Below, piece by piece: positions 55,501 through 64,000 of a stretch of DNA of 64,000 nucleotides. The translations under genes were made by a program, and so were the position numbers. Position 1 is the stretch's first letter. Every line of letters starts with the position of its first letter. The notes beneath the pieces were generated by a model. The model was not told the DNA's origin and made no database searches. It saw only the letters and a program-made list of their open reading frames with translations. This DNA is from Candidatus Saccharimonadota bacterium (GTDB taxonomy: Bacteria; Patescibacteriota; Saccharimonadia; Saccharimonadales; SLHW01), in the NCBI GenBank assembly GCA_050486305.1, contig JBJHDA010000001.1, positions 499,071 to 563,070 of the forward strand. The letters are read 5' to 3'.

Positions 55501-57030
55501 TTACATCTGTCTGGTCGGCTTGTTGTTGGCAGGGCCGTGAAGCTGCGCGTATACCAGGCTGGCTTTTTTTGTGCCGATTACCTCCGCCAATTCGCTCTGA
55601 TCTGCTGCCGTAATCGCCCGCAAACTACCGAATGTTTTAAGCAGCTTCTTTTTTGTGGCTGGCCCAACGCCAGCAATGTCATCGAGCCGGCTCGCTGTAG
55701 TTCGGTGCCGTTTCAATACCGTATGATACGAAACGGCAAAACGGTGCGACTCATCACGTATGCGCTGAAGCAGCTTCACAATATCCGATCGCGGCGGCAG
55801 TGAAACAACATAATAATCCCCTTTATCTTCGATGTATCCGCCCTGGCGTTCAGCAATATCCGGCTGCAGCTCAACGAGCGAGCCAGTCTTGTGTATCACA
55901 AGCTGTTCAAACCGTTTCGCCAGCCCGATCATCGGTATGGATTGCTCACGTTCATCACGTGCTTTTATCGCCGCCGATAGTTGGCCTTTTCCGCCATCTA
56001 TCAGACAAATATCCGGTCGGCCCCAGCTTCGCTGCTTCGAGGAGGCAAACCGACGCCGAATCACCTCGTGCATGTGAATGAAGTCATCGTTTCCCGGTAC
56101 TCTCATTTTAAATTTTCTGTACGAAGCCTTGTCCGGCATACCGCTTTGAAACACCACCATGCTCGCGACCGTGTCCGACCCCTGCATATGACTTATGTCG
56201 TACCCCTCGATTCTATCCGGCAATACCGTAAGCCCTAACAGCTCAGCAAGCCCGACTAAGCCCATGTCTTTGCTGATATCTAACGATTCTTTGTCAGAAA
56301 ATACGATATGAGCGCCAAGTTGTTCAAGCACTCGCAGTTTGTTTCGTAGCTGTGCGGCCAGCTCAAATTTGTGCTCTTTTGCCGCTTGCTTCATGTCAGC
56401 TTCCAGCTGGCGCATCAATGCCGTCCGCTCACCACGCAAGTAGCGCATAAGCTTTTTTAGGTTGCTGCGGTAGTCTGCCAAGCTTGTCGCACCCACCTCA
56501 AGCCCGGGGCACAAGCCCAGATGTACGTGCAGGCAGGCTCGTTTTGGAACCGAAGTGACGTGCGTTGAATACGGAAACGCCTTTCTGAGCAGCTTTAAGG
56601 CCCGCCGAACAGTTACTGCACTAAAGTAAGGGCCAAAGTAATGCGCCCCATCATCGAGCGGTCGCCGCGTCAATGTTACAGTCGGGTGCTCGGCTTTATA
56701 CGATATCCGTACGTACGTCAGGCTTTTATCATCACGAAGCAAAATATTGTACTTGGGCCGATACCGCCGGATTAGCTCCGCTTCTAAAAATAACGCGTCC
56801 AGCTCCGTTTCTGTTTCCGTCCAGTCGATCTCAGCAATTTCAGCTACCAAGGCATCGGTCTTCGGGTCTTTGAAGCGGCTTTTTTGAAAATAGTGCCGCA
56901 CCCGACTATTCAGCCGGGCGGCTTTACCGATGTAAATAATCGTCCCTGCCGCATCCTTATGAAAATAAACACCCGGACCTTTCGGCAGATCTGATAATCG
57001 CTTATTTATGTAGTCGCTTTGTTTTTTCAT
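55501..57030 (-). CDS. uvrC: excinuclease ABC subunit C (short form, 509 aa)
   Basis: It has an N-terminal GIY-YIG (GVYFHKDAAGTIIYIGKA), a UVR segment, an RNase H-like endonuclease domain and a C-terminal (HhH)2 (LDDIAGVGPATKKKLL). Confidence 0.92.
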   Translation of the reverse strand: MKKQSDYINKRLSDLPKGPGVYFHKDAAGTIIYIGKAARLNSRVRHYFQKSRFKDPKTDALVAEIAEIDWTETETELDALFLEAELIRRYRPKYNILLRDDKSLTYVRISYKAEHPTVTLTRRPLDDGAHYFGPYFSAVTVRRALKLLRKAFPYSTHVTSVPKRACLHVHLGLCPGLEVGATSLADYRSNLKKLMRYLRGERTALMRQLEADMKQAAKEHKFELAAQLRNKLRVLEQLGAHIVFSDKESLDISKDMGLVGLAELLGLTVLPDRIEGYDISHMQGSDTVASMVVFQSGMPDKASYRKFKMRVPGNDDFIHMHEVIRRRFASSKQRSWGRPDICLIDGGKGQLSAAIKARDEREQSIPMIGLAKRFEQLVIHKTGSLVELQPDIAERQGGYIEDKGDYYVVSLPPRSDIVKLLQRIRDESHRFAVSYHTVLKRHRTTASRLDDIAGVGPATKKKLLKTFGSLRAITAADQSELAEVIGTKKASLVYAQLHGPANNKPTRQM

Positions 57031-57037
57031 AGGCTAT

Positions 57038-57562
57038 TTAGGTATGCTTACGAATCATATACTGCTCCCACTTTCGGACACCGAACGCCCGATCGTGAAA
57101 CCCATCGTCACCGAGCTTCTCTACCCATACCGTAATAAAACCGGCTCGGTTTCCACCCCAAACATCTGCGAGCAGCTTATCGCCTATCATGGCGATCTCT
57201 CCTGGCTCAGCAGAAAAATATTTTGTAATACGCTGGAAATATCGCTTCTTCGGTTTACGAACCAGGATGCTGGTTGGAACGACAGCTGCATTTATGCTTT
57301 CACTGAGCTCGCCAAGGTCATTTGTAATCCGGTTACTGGCAATGCACCACCCCTCAATATGCTTACGCTCCCGCAGTAAGTGCCGTTTTGTCCGGCTGTC
57401 TATCTCTGTTCCGCGATACGCCACAAGCGTACTGTCAGCATCAAGCGCGACATATTTGACCCCGCGCTGGCGCAGCATTTTAAAATCAACGCCCTGAAGC
57501 GATGTTGCCATAAAATCCGGTACGAATCGTGACGCATGATCGCTTTTCTTCAGCTCCCGCAT
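57038..57562 (-). CDS. YqeG-type HAD-IIIA phosphatase
   Basis: It has the DxDxT motif (ALDADSTLV) and GDKLLADVWGGNRAGF. Confidence 0.8.
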   Translation of the reverse strand: MRELKKSDHASRFVPDFMATSLQGVDFKMLRQRGVKYVALDADSTLVAYRGTEIDSRTKRHLLRERKHIEGWCIASNRITNDLGELSESINAAVVPTSILVRKPKKRYFQRITKYFSAEPGEIAMIGDKLLADVWGGNRAGFITVWVEKLGDDGFHDRAFGVRKWEQYMIRKHT

Positions 57563-57588
57563 ACGACCAGTATAGCCTATGCGGTACG

Positions 57589-58446
57589 CTACTGTACGTT
57601 ATGCTCGCCTTGACTGCTCCGGCTGTTAGTCGGCCGAGCTTCTGCTTCGCTAAATATTTCTTCGACTTCCGTTACATAATGGAGCGTCTCCTCGGGCAAA
57701 ATACTTCGATCAAAGCCAGATGCTACATACTGCTGTGCGCCACCGATACCCCAGTTATATGATACTGCTGTTATTTCAAGCTTCTTTGCTCGATCCTGTA
57801 AATACTCTGGGTTAATCAGGTTTGGTAAATAATACTGCTGGTTTACCGACACAACTGCTGCTGCCATCCGTATACTGTCACTAATATTTCTGTAATCATA
57901 GGTGCCGAAGTCTGTCTTCTCAGCAATATCGGCTGCTGTCTCTGGCATCACTTGCATAAACCCGCGTGCGCCAGCAGAACTTATGCCAACGTTTGGGTCA
58001 CCGCGGGATTCTAGCCAGGCAAAAGCTGCTAAATAGTTCGGATTGACATCAAACTCATCTGCCGCGGCGAGAAATAAATCAGCATGCTCTTGAATACTTT
58101 CTTTGTCTGGCAGAACTAACACCTCTTCTGTGTTGCGGTGCGGATTATCACGCTCAGCATGTGCTGCTGCTTGCTGCTGACGGAAACGTTCTTGCTCTGC
58201 TTTTATGTATTCGTCGGCTAGCGTCTGATCGTTCGTCAAATCTTCAGCGGTTTCTGCAGCTTCAGTACCGTTGTTTTCCGCGGGAGACTGCGCTGCAATT
58301 ATCAAAATACTACTGGCAGCAGCAACCAGCTTCCAGCGCTTCGGGGATATCTGCTCACTTGACACCACCGGTGTTTCAGGAGACATTCTTAACTGATGCC
58401 ATCTTGTATCATGGCCTTTCTCTGGCATATGCCCACACTTTCTCAC
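57589..58446 (-). CDS. secreted lytic transglycosylase (SLT domain)
   Basis: The catalytic block is AWLESRGDPNVGISSAGARGFMQVMPETA. The start is uncertain, with a GTG at 58446 and ATGs at 58428 and 58386. Confidence 0.8.
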   Translation of the reverse strand: MRKCGHMPEKGHDTRWHQLRMSPETPVVSSEQISPKRWKLVAAASSILIIAAQSPAENNGTEAAETAEDLTNDQTLADEYIKAEQERFRQQQAAAHAERDNPHRNTEEVLVLPDKESIQEHADLFLAAADEFDVNPNYLAAFAWLESRGDPNVGISSAGARGFMQVMPETAADIAEKTDFGTYDYRNISDSIRMAAAVVSVNQQYYLPNLINPEYLQDRAKKLEITAVSYNWGIGGAQQYVASGFDRSILPEETLHYVTEVEEIFSEAEARPTNSRSSQGEHNVQ

Positions 58447-58619
58447 TTATATCATAACATAAGCATTAGCTTTTTGCAACTATCTTTACGTCCGCTTGGA
58501 CAGACACTTAACAGTAGATGAGCTGTCGACTTGTGTCTATAAGTTTTCTCACCGCCCAGCTAAAATTTTTTACCGCGGCGGCAATATTACGCTGCCCCAC
58601 AACCAGGTAAAAACTTTGC

Positions 58620-59492
58620 TTATGCCGGAGAGCTTGCCTGGAGCTGCTGCTGACAGGCTTCGCTACACGTCGTCTTTTCTTTTTTGCAGGCACTGCACAA
58701 AATCACCAGACCGTTACACGCAACATTGCTGCAGTTTTCGTGATTACTGGTACGGACCTCACAGCGGACACACTTGCCAATATCTTTTGCTTTCTCTGAG
58801 AAGCCGACATTCAGCCGCTTATCAAACACGAAGCACTTACCTTCCCAGTGTCCGTCATCCTTGTAGGTCTCGCCGTATTTCACGATGCCGCCGTCAAGAT
58901 GATAGACTTCATCAAACCCTTTGTGTTTCATATAAGCGCTCAAGTATTCGCAGCGGATATCACCGGTGCAGTACGTGAGAATCGGCTTGTCTTTCGGGAG
59001 CTTCTCAAGCTCCTTTTTTATATCGCGGAAGGCATTGATTTTTGGCCGTATGACATTTTTCGTCTTGAAATACCCGATATCAGATTCATATTCGTTTCGA
59101 GCGTCCAATACAATGGTGTCCGGGTTTTTCTCTAGGTATTCGTGCCATTGCTTAGGCCGCAAACCCTTCGTGCTGTTAAAAACGTCAAACTCTTCATCTG
59201 GGGCAAGCGTGACAAGCTCCCGCCTCACCTTAATGCTCAAGCGCGGAAAGTCTTCACGATTTCCGTCGCTCCACTTATATTCGATTCCCTTAAATAGCGG
59301 GTGCAGGTTCATTTGCTTTTTGTAAGCTTTAAGATCTTCGATATCGCCGCCGAGTGTTCCGTTGATGCCTTGCTCGGCAACAATAATGCGGCCCTTTAGA
59401 CGTAAGCTTTGGCAAAGCTGCCGCTGCCAAAACATGACCGTGGTGGGGTCGGGGACCGGGACAAATTTGTAGTATAAAATTATTTTCTGCAT
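58620..59492 (-). CDS. trhO: rhodanese-domain protein UPF0176/YceA (tRNA U34 hydroxylase TrhO-like)
   Basis: The start is set at the ATG at 59492 (MQKIILYYKF). It has the rhodanese active-site loop TYCTGDIRCE and a C-terminal Cys cluster. Confidence 0.8.
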   Translation of the reverse strand: MQKIILYYKFVPVPDPTTVMFWQRQLCQSLRLKGRIIVAEQGINGTLGGDIEDLKAYKKQMNLHPLFKGIEYKWSDGNREDFPRLSIKVRRELVTLAPDEEFDVFNSTKGLRPKQWHEYLEKNPDTIVLDARNEYESDIGYFKTKNVIRPKINAFRDIKKELEKLPKDKPILTYCTGDIRCEYLSAYMKHKGFDEVYHLDGGIVKYGETYKDDGHWEGKCFVFDKRLNVGFSEKAKDIGKCVRCEVRTSNHENCSNVACNGLVILCSACKKEKTTCSEACQQQLQASSPA

Positions 59493-59515
59493 TGCGCATA
59501 GCATTATAGCATCTA

Positions 59516-59551
59516 TAAAAACCTGCCGGCTCAAGTAAGCGCCGGCAGGTT
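59516..59551 (-). terminator. rho-independent terminator upstream of trhO
   Basis: acctgccggc/gccggcaggt forms a 10-bp GC-rich stem. On the minus strand it is followed by TTTTTATAG. Confidence 0.7.
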
Positions 59552-59577
59552 ATAGGCTGCTAGAGCAGACGGGCTAT

Positions 59578-59841
59578 TTACTCTATTACTTCGTCAAGTT
59601 CACTCGTGTTCAGCTCGGCGTCGATATCTGTTTCCTGCAGCTCGTTTTCGATTGCTTCCAGCTCCGAAGCATCTTGGATGTCATCTGATTCTTCTACCTC
59701 AGAACTCTGCGGTTCTCCGTTCGCTTCATCAGTTGTGCCGTTTTGGATTCTCCAAAAAGCGAATGCAACGAGAGCCAACGCGACTAAAATAACTACGATA
59801 AGGCCGAGGTGAGCAATACCCTGCTGGTTACCTTTATTCAT
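59578..59841 (-). CDS. hypothetical small membrane-anchored acidic protein
   Basis: 87 aa with one N-terminal TM helix and an acidic tail. It overlaps the upstream gene by 8 nt. Confidence 0.5.
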   Translation of the reverse strand: MNKGNQQGIAHLGLIVVILVALALVAFAFWRIQNGTTDEANGEPQSSEVEESDDIQDASELEAIENELQETDIDAELNTSELDEVIE

Positions 59842-60487
59842 CGCCTTCCTCCTCTACGTTATTAGTGTCATCATTCTCTTCAACGCGAGCTTCGTTCTGC
59901 TCTGCCGCAGCGGCTCGGAGTGAGCTTATCAGCGTCACAAGTTGAGCACGATACTCCTTCAGTGCCTCGCGCGCCTCGGAAACTGCTGAGCGAAACGCGA
60001 ACGTCTGGTTACCAAGTGATGGGTTTTCGCAGTCGAACTCAAATTCATAGTTTACGACAACCTCTGCCGCAGCCTGGGCGTCGGCTTGAGCAAGCAAAAC
60101 AGAATCATTTAAATCATCATAATTTGCTACGGTCAGCTGACCCGTCTCATAAAATCCTTGAACGCGCTCATGCACGCCGTCAATCGTAGCGAGCAGCCGA
60201 GTTGTCTGGTTGGCCAGCCGAGGAACAAGCTGAGAAGCCTGATCTTGCCGACGCTCGCACACATCGCTGCGGACCTGAGCCCGACGAGCCTCGACTCTTC
60301 GCTGGATGTCCTCCGTCCGCTGCTCACGTAGGTCTGATATTGCTTCGCGTCTTTCTTCAGCTGTCTGCCGAGCCGATTGAGCTCGGGCTTGTCCTTCGCC
60401 GCGTTGCGCGACCGCGGCAACAGGTAATGTCAGCGTCGCCACCAACAATGCGGCGATAACTGCGAGTGATATTCGTTTTCGTTTCAT
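59834..60487 (-). CDS. hypothetical secreted coiled-coil protein
   Basis: The start is set at the ATG at 60487 (MKRKRISLAVIAALLVATLTLPVAAVA, signal-peptide-like), preceded by AAGGGGGA. The body is Arg/Glu/Gln-rich helical sequence. Confidence 0.55.
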   Translation of the reverse strand: MKRKRISLAVIAALLVATLTLPVAAVAQRGEGQARAQSARQTAEERREAISDLREQRTEDIQRRVEARRAQVRSDVCERRQDQASQLVPRLANQTTRLLATIDGVHERVQGFYETGQLTVANYDDLNDSVLLAQADAQAAAEVVVNYEFEFDCENPSLGNQTFAFRSAVSEAREALKEYRAQLVTLISSLRAAAAEQNEARVEENDDTNNVEEEGDE

Positions 60488-60563
60488 TTTTCCCCCTTGG
60501 TTGTAAAAGGCTTTGACTATTTTCACGTAGTTTCATGGTACAGCACGGTTATGCTTGAATCAA

Positions 60564-62285
60564 CTAGCGAAGAGATAGAGCAATGATAATAACGACTACG
60601 AAAACGACACCGATAGCCGCACCGATAGAGGCTTGTTTAATGGCCGAAGCATCAAAGGGCTGCCCGCGCCCAGATGCCTGTTGGGTTGGCGGCGGCAACT
60701 GCTCGTTTGCAGCAGCAGGCGATGACGGTTGGGAAGCCGTTTCAGTTTTGTCTACCGGAGCGGCAGAGGCGCTGGCTGCCGAGTCATTCTCATGTTTTGC
60801 TGCCTGTGACAGCACACGCTCTTGTTCGTATGAGCGGCGCGGGGCAAGCTCCGCAGCAGCACGAATATGCTGTTCAAGCCGTTGCTCGTAGCGTTCACCC
60901 GCTGCATATAGCCTCATGGTTTCACGCAGCCGTGCTTCGTTCAAAAATCCTTGCTCATACAATCCTTTGAGCGAAGTGCCCCGGTAGTCAACCCGCTCTG
61001 CCTCACGGAGTACTTCTGTGAGCGGCATTGTTCGAATACGCTCAGGCGCGATGGGCTCAGCTGTTTTTGCTTGCTCGGCTGAAGCCCGTCCAGACTCAGC
61101 AGTAGTTGACGGCGCTTCGGTGTTTTGTTCCGCTCGAGGAACTGACGGAACAAACGACTCCGGTGTAAACTTCTCTTTGACGGCAGGTTTCACATCGCGC
61201 TGCTCCTGGCGGTGTGCCGCTGCGCTGCGAACCTTATCTTCATACTGCTCTATTGTGGCTTGGAGCTGTCTGACTTCTTGTTCCAGCTTTTTGCGCGCTG
61301 GTACATGCTCGGACTCTGCATTTATCCGTCCTCGGCGGCGGCCGAATAAGTAGCCGACAAACGTGCCGAGTAAAAACTCACCGCCGGAGCGTTGCTTTCC
61401 AGTTCGCATTTCTGTGGTGCCTGCTGGTGCTTCACTTGAAGCGCTCGGCGACCGCTCGGATTTTGCACCGAAATGCGACAATCTGTCGCTACCCGAGCTA
61501 CGACCTCCGCCGGATTGAGATTCAGCAGTCTGACTATATGGCGCAGCTGTAGCGGCATCAATGATATTCGGCGTTATCGGCGGCGGTACGACTGGCGGTT
61601 TCGCCGGATGCGGTGAGTGCTCTTCGTCCTCCTGCTCTATCACTACCATATAATCATCTTCGTATCTGTGCTGGCCCGCTTCGACAGAAGACGGCGCCTC
61701 ACCGGCTGACTCGGCACCCTGTTGTACAACTTCATCATCCGTTGCTGCGGCAAGCTCTGCTACGGTTTCATCCGTCACGTCTTGCAGCAACTCGTCGTCT
61801 GGTGAAGCATTGCTATCGCGTAGCCTGTCAGCTAAACGCTGCAAGAACGTCCGGTTCGCCTGCACTGCAGCAGCCTCCTCCGGCTGTTCCGTCTCTTCCG
61901 TAGTGAGCTGCTCTTGCCGCTTGGCGATATACTCTTCCGTCGCCGCCCGCTGCTCTTCAGCGGACAGTTCTGACTTCTGCTCAGTTTCAGCAGACGCCTC
62001 TTTCTCTTCTGCTTCAGCATTTTTTAACGGCTTCTTGGAGGCTTCTTTTTTTGCAGGTACCGGCTCTGCCTTGATTAAGGCGTCAAGTAGAGACGGACGC
62101 TTGCCTTCATCTTTTTTTGCTTCTTCGTCTCGGCGCTCGTCATTTTTACGCTTTTCCTGCTCTGCTTGCTGGTGGCGCTTTTTCTTTGCCTTTTTCTTTT
62201 TCTCCTCTTTGTCGTCACTATAGCGCTCGAACGAATTCATCATCCGCTTATCATTATCGGAAGAGTCGTCATGATGATTCTCCAT
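60564..62285 (-). CDS. hypothetical large charged protein with internal and C-terminal hydrophobic helices
   Basis: 573 aa with a Lys/Glu-rich N-terminus, FLLGTFVGYLFGRRRGR mid-protein and a terminal TM helix IGAAIGVVFVVVIIIALSL. No motif is recognised. Confidence 0.55.
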   Translation of the reverse strand: MENHHDDSSDNDKRMMNSFERYSDDKEEKKKKAKKKRHQQAEQEKRKNDERRDEEAKKDEGKRPSLLDALIKAEPVPAKKEASKKPLKNAEAEEKEASAETEQKSELSAEEQRAATEEYIAKRQEQLTTEETEQPEEAAAVQANRTFLQRLADRLRDSNASPDDELLQDVTDETVAELAAATDDEVVQQGAESAGEAPSSVEAGQHRYEDDYMVVIEQEDEEHSPHPAKPPVVPPPITPNIIDAATAAPYSQTAESQSGGGRSSGSDRLSHFGAKSERSPSASSEAPAGTTEMRTGKQRSGGEFLLGTFVGYLFGRRRGRINAESEHVPARKKLEQEVRQLQATIEQYEDKVRSAAAHRQEQRDVKPAVKEKFTPESFVPSVPRAEQNTEAPSTTAESGRASAEQAKTAEPIAPERIRTMPLTEVLREAERVDYRGTSLKGLYEQGFLNEARLRETMRLYAAGERYEQRLEQHIRAAAELAPRRSYEQERVLSQAAKHENDSAASASAAPVDKTETASQPSSPAAANEQLPPPTQQASGRGQPFDASAIKQASIGAAIGVVFVVVIIIALSLR

Positions 62286-62347
62286 AGTGACTCCTATCTA
62301 TCGCAAATTACGTTAAGGAAATAGTAGGTTCAGGCGTATCGGCTCGG

Positions 62348-63073
62348 TTAGCTCTTTTCGCCTTCGCCTTCATTTGGCTGACCTGGCTCACCTGACTCTT
62401 TCTCCTCTTCAGGCGCACCTTCGGCGGCTGTTTCCTCGGTCTCTTCTTCAGGTACGCCGCTGGTTTCAGCATCTTCAGCGAGCGCTTCAGCAGCTGCGTC
62501 GGCCTCAGCAACCTGGTCTTTCGGCATTTCAACCGTCGCGATTGATTGGGTTTCGTCGTTTAAGACAGTGACGCGTTTTGGTACCTGCAAATCAGCAACG
62601 GTTAACGTGTCGCCAACCTCTTTTAGCGTAGTAGCATCAACCTGTATTGAGTCCGGTAAGTCTGTCGGGAGTGCTTCAACTTCGACCTCATCAAGCTGGG
62701 TAAGTACCATCAAGCCAGCTTGGTTGGCAGGCGAATCACCAACGAGCTCAATAGGAATTTCGGCCTGTGTTTTTCGGTTACGGCGAATCGACTGGAATAC
62801 AACGTGGCGAATTGTATTCTTACGCGGATCATAATCGATATCACGGATAAGAGCGAGAAGGTCATCATTGCCTATTTTTATCTCTATCGGGTGATGCCGT
62901 CCAGCAGCAGCAACAACCTTTTCCAGTGGTACATGAGCGCCACTGGCGTGGATCGATTCTTTTCCATGATTATGCACAACAACCGGTATTGAGCCGGCTT
63001 CACGCAACACTCGGAGCTTCTTGCCGATTACATCGCGCTTTTCCAGTTTTAAAGTAATTTCGTCACTTGACAT
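62348..63073 (-). CDS. rplY: 50S ribosomal protein L25 / general stress protein Ctc form, with acidic tail
   Basis: The N-terminus reads LKLEKRDVIGKKLRVLREAGSIPVVVHNHGKESIHASG. It has two beta-barrel domains and a Glu-rich C-terminus. Confidence 0.88.
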   Translation of the reverse strand: MSSDEITLKLEKRDVIGKKLRVLREAGSIPVVVHNHGKESIHASGAHVPLEKVVAAAGRHHPIEIKIGNDDLLALIRDIDYDPRKNTIRHVVFQSIRRNRKTQAEIPIELVGDSPANQAGLMVLTQLDEVEVEALPTDLPDSIQVDATTLKEVGDTLTVADLQVPKRVTVLNDETQSIATVEMPKDQVAEADAAAEALAEDAETSGVPEEETEETAAEGAPEEEKESGEPGQPNEGEGEKS

Positions 63074-63178
63074 TATAAATAAATTCTCCCTTATTTCAGT
63101 TTAGACCTGCTTGTCTTTCGCGAGACAGTATAACAGATTGGCATGCCGGTTTCTAGCAAAAGCATGTTCCGATGCCTG

Positions 63179-64000
63179 CTACACCAGCTCACGCAAATAC
63201 GTTGCGGTGTATGATTTCGGGCTCTTTATCACCTGCTCCGGTGTGCCGCTGGCAACCACCTTGCCGCCGCCGCTTCCGCCATCCGGCCCCATATCGATGA
63301 TATGGTCAGCGTTCTTAATAACATCAAGGTTGTGCTCGATAACTATCATACTGTTCCCGGTATCTACGAGCGCGTGAAGCACCCCGAGCAGCTTGTTGAC
63401 ATCCTCCATATGCAAGCCGGTCGTCGGCTCGTCAAGGATATAAAGCGTCCGGCCTGTCGGCCGCCTCGACAACTCGGTCGCCAGCTTTACCCGCTGTGCC
63501 TCACCGCCAGACAACGTTGTTGCCGGCTGACCGAGCCGAATATAACCAAGGCCGACATCAACCAGTGTTTGCAGCTTGCGGGAGATTGCCGGAATGTTCT
63601 TAAAGAAATCCAGCGCTGTCTCACAAGTCATATCTAAGACATCGCTGATATTCTTTCCGCGATAGTGTACCTCTAGCGCCTCTCGGTTGTATCGCTTGCC
63701 TTTGCATTCTTCACACGGAACGTACACATCCGGCAGAAAGTGCATCTCTATCTTAATGATGCCATCACCGGAACAGTTTTCACAGCGGCCGCCTTTGACA
63801 TTAAAGCTGAACCGTCCTGGCTTATAGCCGCGGAGCTTTGACTCTGGAGTTGTTGCGAACAGTTCACGAATCGGTGTAAATAGCCCGGTATACGTTGCCG
63901 GATTAGATCTCGGCGTCCGGCCGATTGGTGATTGATCGATAGTTATCACCTTGTCAAGATGTTCAATGCCAGCAACTTCGCTGTGGCTGCCCGGTACTTC
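63179..64000 (-). CDS. uvrA: excinuclease ABC subunit A, C-terminal part (5' end beyond window)
   Basis: The frame is open to nt 64000 (…[26 protein letters not shown]). It has the zinc-finger CENCSGDG...[10 protein letters not shown], the ABC signature LSGGEAQRV and Walker [13 protein letters not shown]. Confidence 0.93.
   Translation of the reverse strand, partial: EVPGSHSEVAGIEHLDKVITIDQSPIGRTPRSNPATYTGLFTPIRELFATTPESKLRGYKPGRFSFNVKGGRCENCSGDGIIKIEMHFLPDVYVPCEECKGKRYNREALEVHYRGKNISDVLDMTCETALDFFKNIPAISRKLQTLVDVGLGYIRLGQPATTLSGGEAQRVKLATELSRRPTGRTLYILDEPTTGLHMEDVNKLLGVLHALVDTGNSMIVIEHNLDVIKNADHIIDMGPDGGSGGGKVVASGTPEQVIKSPKSYTATYLRELV

Noticed and set aside
58496-58978. 160-aa plus-strand ORF
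   Set aside because: It is antisense to the 3' part of the trhO-like gene, and its Arg/Ser/Cys-rich composition is typical of a shadow frame.
60583-62223. Several plus-strand ORFs (60583-60891, 60674-60970, 61018-61353, 61613-61903, 61810-62223) and nested minus-strand ORFs
   Set aside because: All lie inside the 573-aa low-complexity gene. The GC-rich, repetitive codon content keeps alternative frames open, and there is no independent support for them.

Overview
This 64-kb window is a very compact, gene-dense bacterial chromosome segment. I can support about 78 protein genes, 8 tRNAs and several hairpin terminators. I saw no rRNA, no CRISPR array and no intact mobile element.

Most content is housekeeping:
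- Translation and RNA: rpsP-KH-trmD, rnc, nusB, a bL32 gene missing from the ORF track, leuS, bL25/ctc, secG.
- DNA repair and cell wall: ligA, uvrC, a uvrA fragment, murF.
- Other: purA, pcm, htpX-lemA, pepP.
- Many small transporters: EamA, CPA2, CDF, two AI-2E, two DedA-like, and a Kv-type K+ channel.
- A Crp/Fnr regulator next to a CHASE histidine kinase and a receiver-only response regulator.

Taxon (inference only, since there is no rRNA marker here): a reduced-genome Patescibacteria/CPR organism, possibly Saccharibacteria-like. Supporting features:
- overlapping convergent genes
- low-complexity tails on core proteins
- no rimM in the rpsP-trmD cluster
- lamin-tail-domain surface proteins
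- a ComEC without a metallo-beta-lactamase domain
- several Actinobacteria-type genes: WhiB-like factor, Ni-SOD with SodX, VKOR, DUF1524 nuclease

Candidates most worth a second look:
1. A complete Nudix hydrolase module with a perfect Nudix box inserted inside leuS (nt 38216-38653).
2. A membrane-anchored HNH/DUF1524 nuclease translationally coupled to the MBL-less ComEC.
3. A surface protein with two lamin-tail domains and five Cys-pair repeats.
4. An AT-rich islet carrying a minimal nucleotidyltransferase, flanked by a duplicated tRNA-Gly 3' end.
5. Unusual sequence around tRNA-Ala: a 13-bp leader/trailer clamp and a degenerate tRNA 3' half.

All functional calls come from reading motifs in the supplied translations. 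No database search was run.
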